NCBI GenBank assembly: GCA_963806225.1
Contig: CAWDXG010000004.1
Coordinates: 4,256,001 to 4,320,000, forward strand
Origin: an uncultured delta proteobacterium
GTDB lineage: Bacteria; Myxococcota_A; Polyangia; Polyangiales; Polyangiaceae
DNA: 64,000 bases
Direction: 5' to 3'
The notes beneath the pieces are model-generated. The model saw only the letters and a list, made by a program, of their open reading frames with translations. It did not search any database and had not been told where the DNA came from. Below are positions 62,798-64,000 of the stretch, one piece after another (the stretch's first letter is position 1; each line of letters opens with the position of its first letter). A program made the position numbers and the translations under genes.

Positions 62798-63610
62798 TTA
62801 CGTTTCCTTTCTTGTAGAATCTTCGATGACGACCTCGACCAGCTCTGGTTCCACCTGGCGGATCTCGTAGGTGAAACCGCGCTGGGTGAGCAGCGGCAAC
62901 AACAATTCCGGCACGCGCACGTTGAGCTGCACGAGCCTGCCTCCCGGCGGAAGCCTGGACAGAGCGGCCAGCGTGCGGCTCATCGGCTCAGGGGGTTCGA
63001 GGCCACGCACGTCAAGGACAACGGGTTCCGCATCGGCTGGCGTCGACGCAGGGACAGCCCGCGCTCTTGGTGTTGCGTTCCCGGCGGCTCCCACCTGATA
63101 GAACCACACGCACCAGTCTTCCTCGCCGAGCCGTTCCGTATAGGCTGCGAAGCCGCGCTGCTCCATGACGCTCTTCAGCGGTGACGGGTCGAACGTGGCA
63201 CGCAGCCGCAGCACGTGATCCTGCGGCAGTCCCGCGACGGCGCCCATGATCCTGTGGAACGGTTCCTCGCCTCGACGCAGGTCGTCCCGCACGTCGAGCT
63301 CGTCGACCAGCTCGGGCGCGATCCGGTCGAGCTGCTCCGGTCGAGACTGACGGACGCCTGCTGGGCTGGCTGGCCCGCCGCTCTGGGCCTGGGAATGGTC
63401 GGAAAGCGCGGCCTCCAGTCTGGACACGAGGTCCGCTGACGTCATGCCGGCCATGCCCGCGGCCTCCTCCACTGTGACCAGCTTCGCCATCACCTCGCGG
63501 ACCGCGGGCGAGCGCAGCATTCGCAGCTGGTCAGAGAGTCCGGCCAGTACCTCGAGGAGACTTTCGTCTCTGGCGAGAACTGAAACGAGTCGTTCGTCGG
63601 GAGCGATCAA
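62798..63610 (-). CDS. DUF1858-like plus tandem DUF2249 protein
   Basis: LDVRDDLRRGEEPF…FDPSPL; LDVRGLEPPEPM. Confidence 0.75.
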   Translation of the reverse strand: MIAPDERLVSVLARDESLLEVLAGLSDQLRMLRSPAVREVMAKLVTVEEAAGMAGMTSADLVSRLEAALSDHSQAQSGGPASPAGVRQSRPEQLDRIAPELVDELDVRDDLRRGEEPFHRIMGAVAGLPQDHVLRLRATFDPSPLKSVMEQRGFAAYTERLGEEDWCVWFYQVGAAGNATPRARAVPASTPADAEPVVLDVRGLEPPEPMSRTLAALSRLPPGGRLVQLNVRVPELLLPLLTQRGFTYEIRQVEPELVEVVIEDSTRKET

Positions 63611-63888
63611 AAGACACCATCCTTGACCCTTCGGGGGTCCCAGGGAGGTGACCAGACGAGTCTGGGAGCGACCTCCGTTACATCGGGAAGCGGGGACAGC
63701 ACCTTGTGGATGCCGCGACGAATCGCATGTTCGAGCGGGCAACCCCGGGTGGTGAGTGTGAACGTGACGCCGACCTTGCCGTCGACGAAGCGCACGTCAT
63801 AGACGAGGCCGAGCGTGACGATGTCTACGCCCAGCTCGGGATCGATCACTCGGGCGAGCGCCGTGTAGATGTCGTCAACGGTGGTCAT
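63607..63888 (-). CDS. SufT/PaaD-like metal-sulfur cluster assembly factor
   Basis: VIDPELGVDIVTLGLVY…TLTTRGCP…WSPPW. Confidence 0.9.
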   Translation of the reverse strand: MTTVDDIYTALARVIDPELGVDIVTLGLVYDVRFVDGKVGVTFTLTTRGCPLEHAIRRGIHKVLSPLPDVTEVAPRLVWSPPWDPRRVKDGVF

Positions 63889-64000
63889 GCGGTGGTCCTC
63901 CGGGCGAGGGCAGAGAGCTGCAGCGCCTCCACGACGGCTCCTGCGGCGAAGGCCAGGGCTCCGGCGCGGACACCTGCGGGTGAGCCCAGCAGAACGCTCG
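63885..64000 (-). CDS. 3' end of a membrane protein (partial)
   Basis: …GALAFAAGAVVEALQLSALARRTTA*, ATGA overlap with the next gene. Confidence 0.5.
   Translation of the reverse strand, partial: SVLLGSPAGVRAGALAFAAGAVVEALQLSALARRTTA

Overview
GC-rich chromosome window, most likely Myxococcota/Polyangia (mglB-mglA, PilZ, PEGA/Ser-Thr kinase, MYXO-CTERM-like tail). It has three zones. (1) 1-11.2 kb: core-like genes (mglBA, recX, rne/rng with one frameshift, 3'-5' exonuclease, phhB, DUF2071). (2) About 11.4-48.7 kb: a heavily scrambled accessory region around a canonical-looking 28-bp XerC/D dif site (25604-25631). It holds one intact and five truncated copies of an ISCR/IS91-like HUH rolling-circle transposase; six associated ends finish ...(T/C)ACCTAC and abut an SSGC tetramer. 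It also holds a 3.7-kb duplicated cargo block, IS110 and IS21 fragments, captured housekeeping fragments (gyrA 3' end-nth-Uma2-parC-like 5' end, comM-like, GT-C), many secreted or Cys-rich lipoprotein genes, and two related degenerate dif-like elements. Most notably it contains a diversity-generating retroelement remnant: two DUF1566/CLec-type genes with adenine-mutagenesis-patterned variable repeats flanking a deleted RT/MutS-I-like gene, with no template repeat seen in the window. (3) 48.7-64 kb: a DprE1/E2-like pair, hemerythrin, a norCBQD nitric oxide reductase cluster, a divergent cbb3-like oxidase (ccoN/ccoO-like) and DUF2249/Fe-S assembly genes. All calls were made by eye from motifs; no database searches were run.
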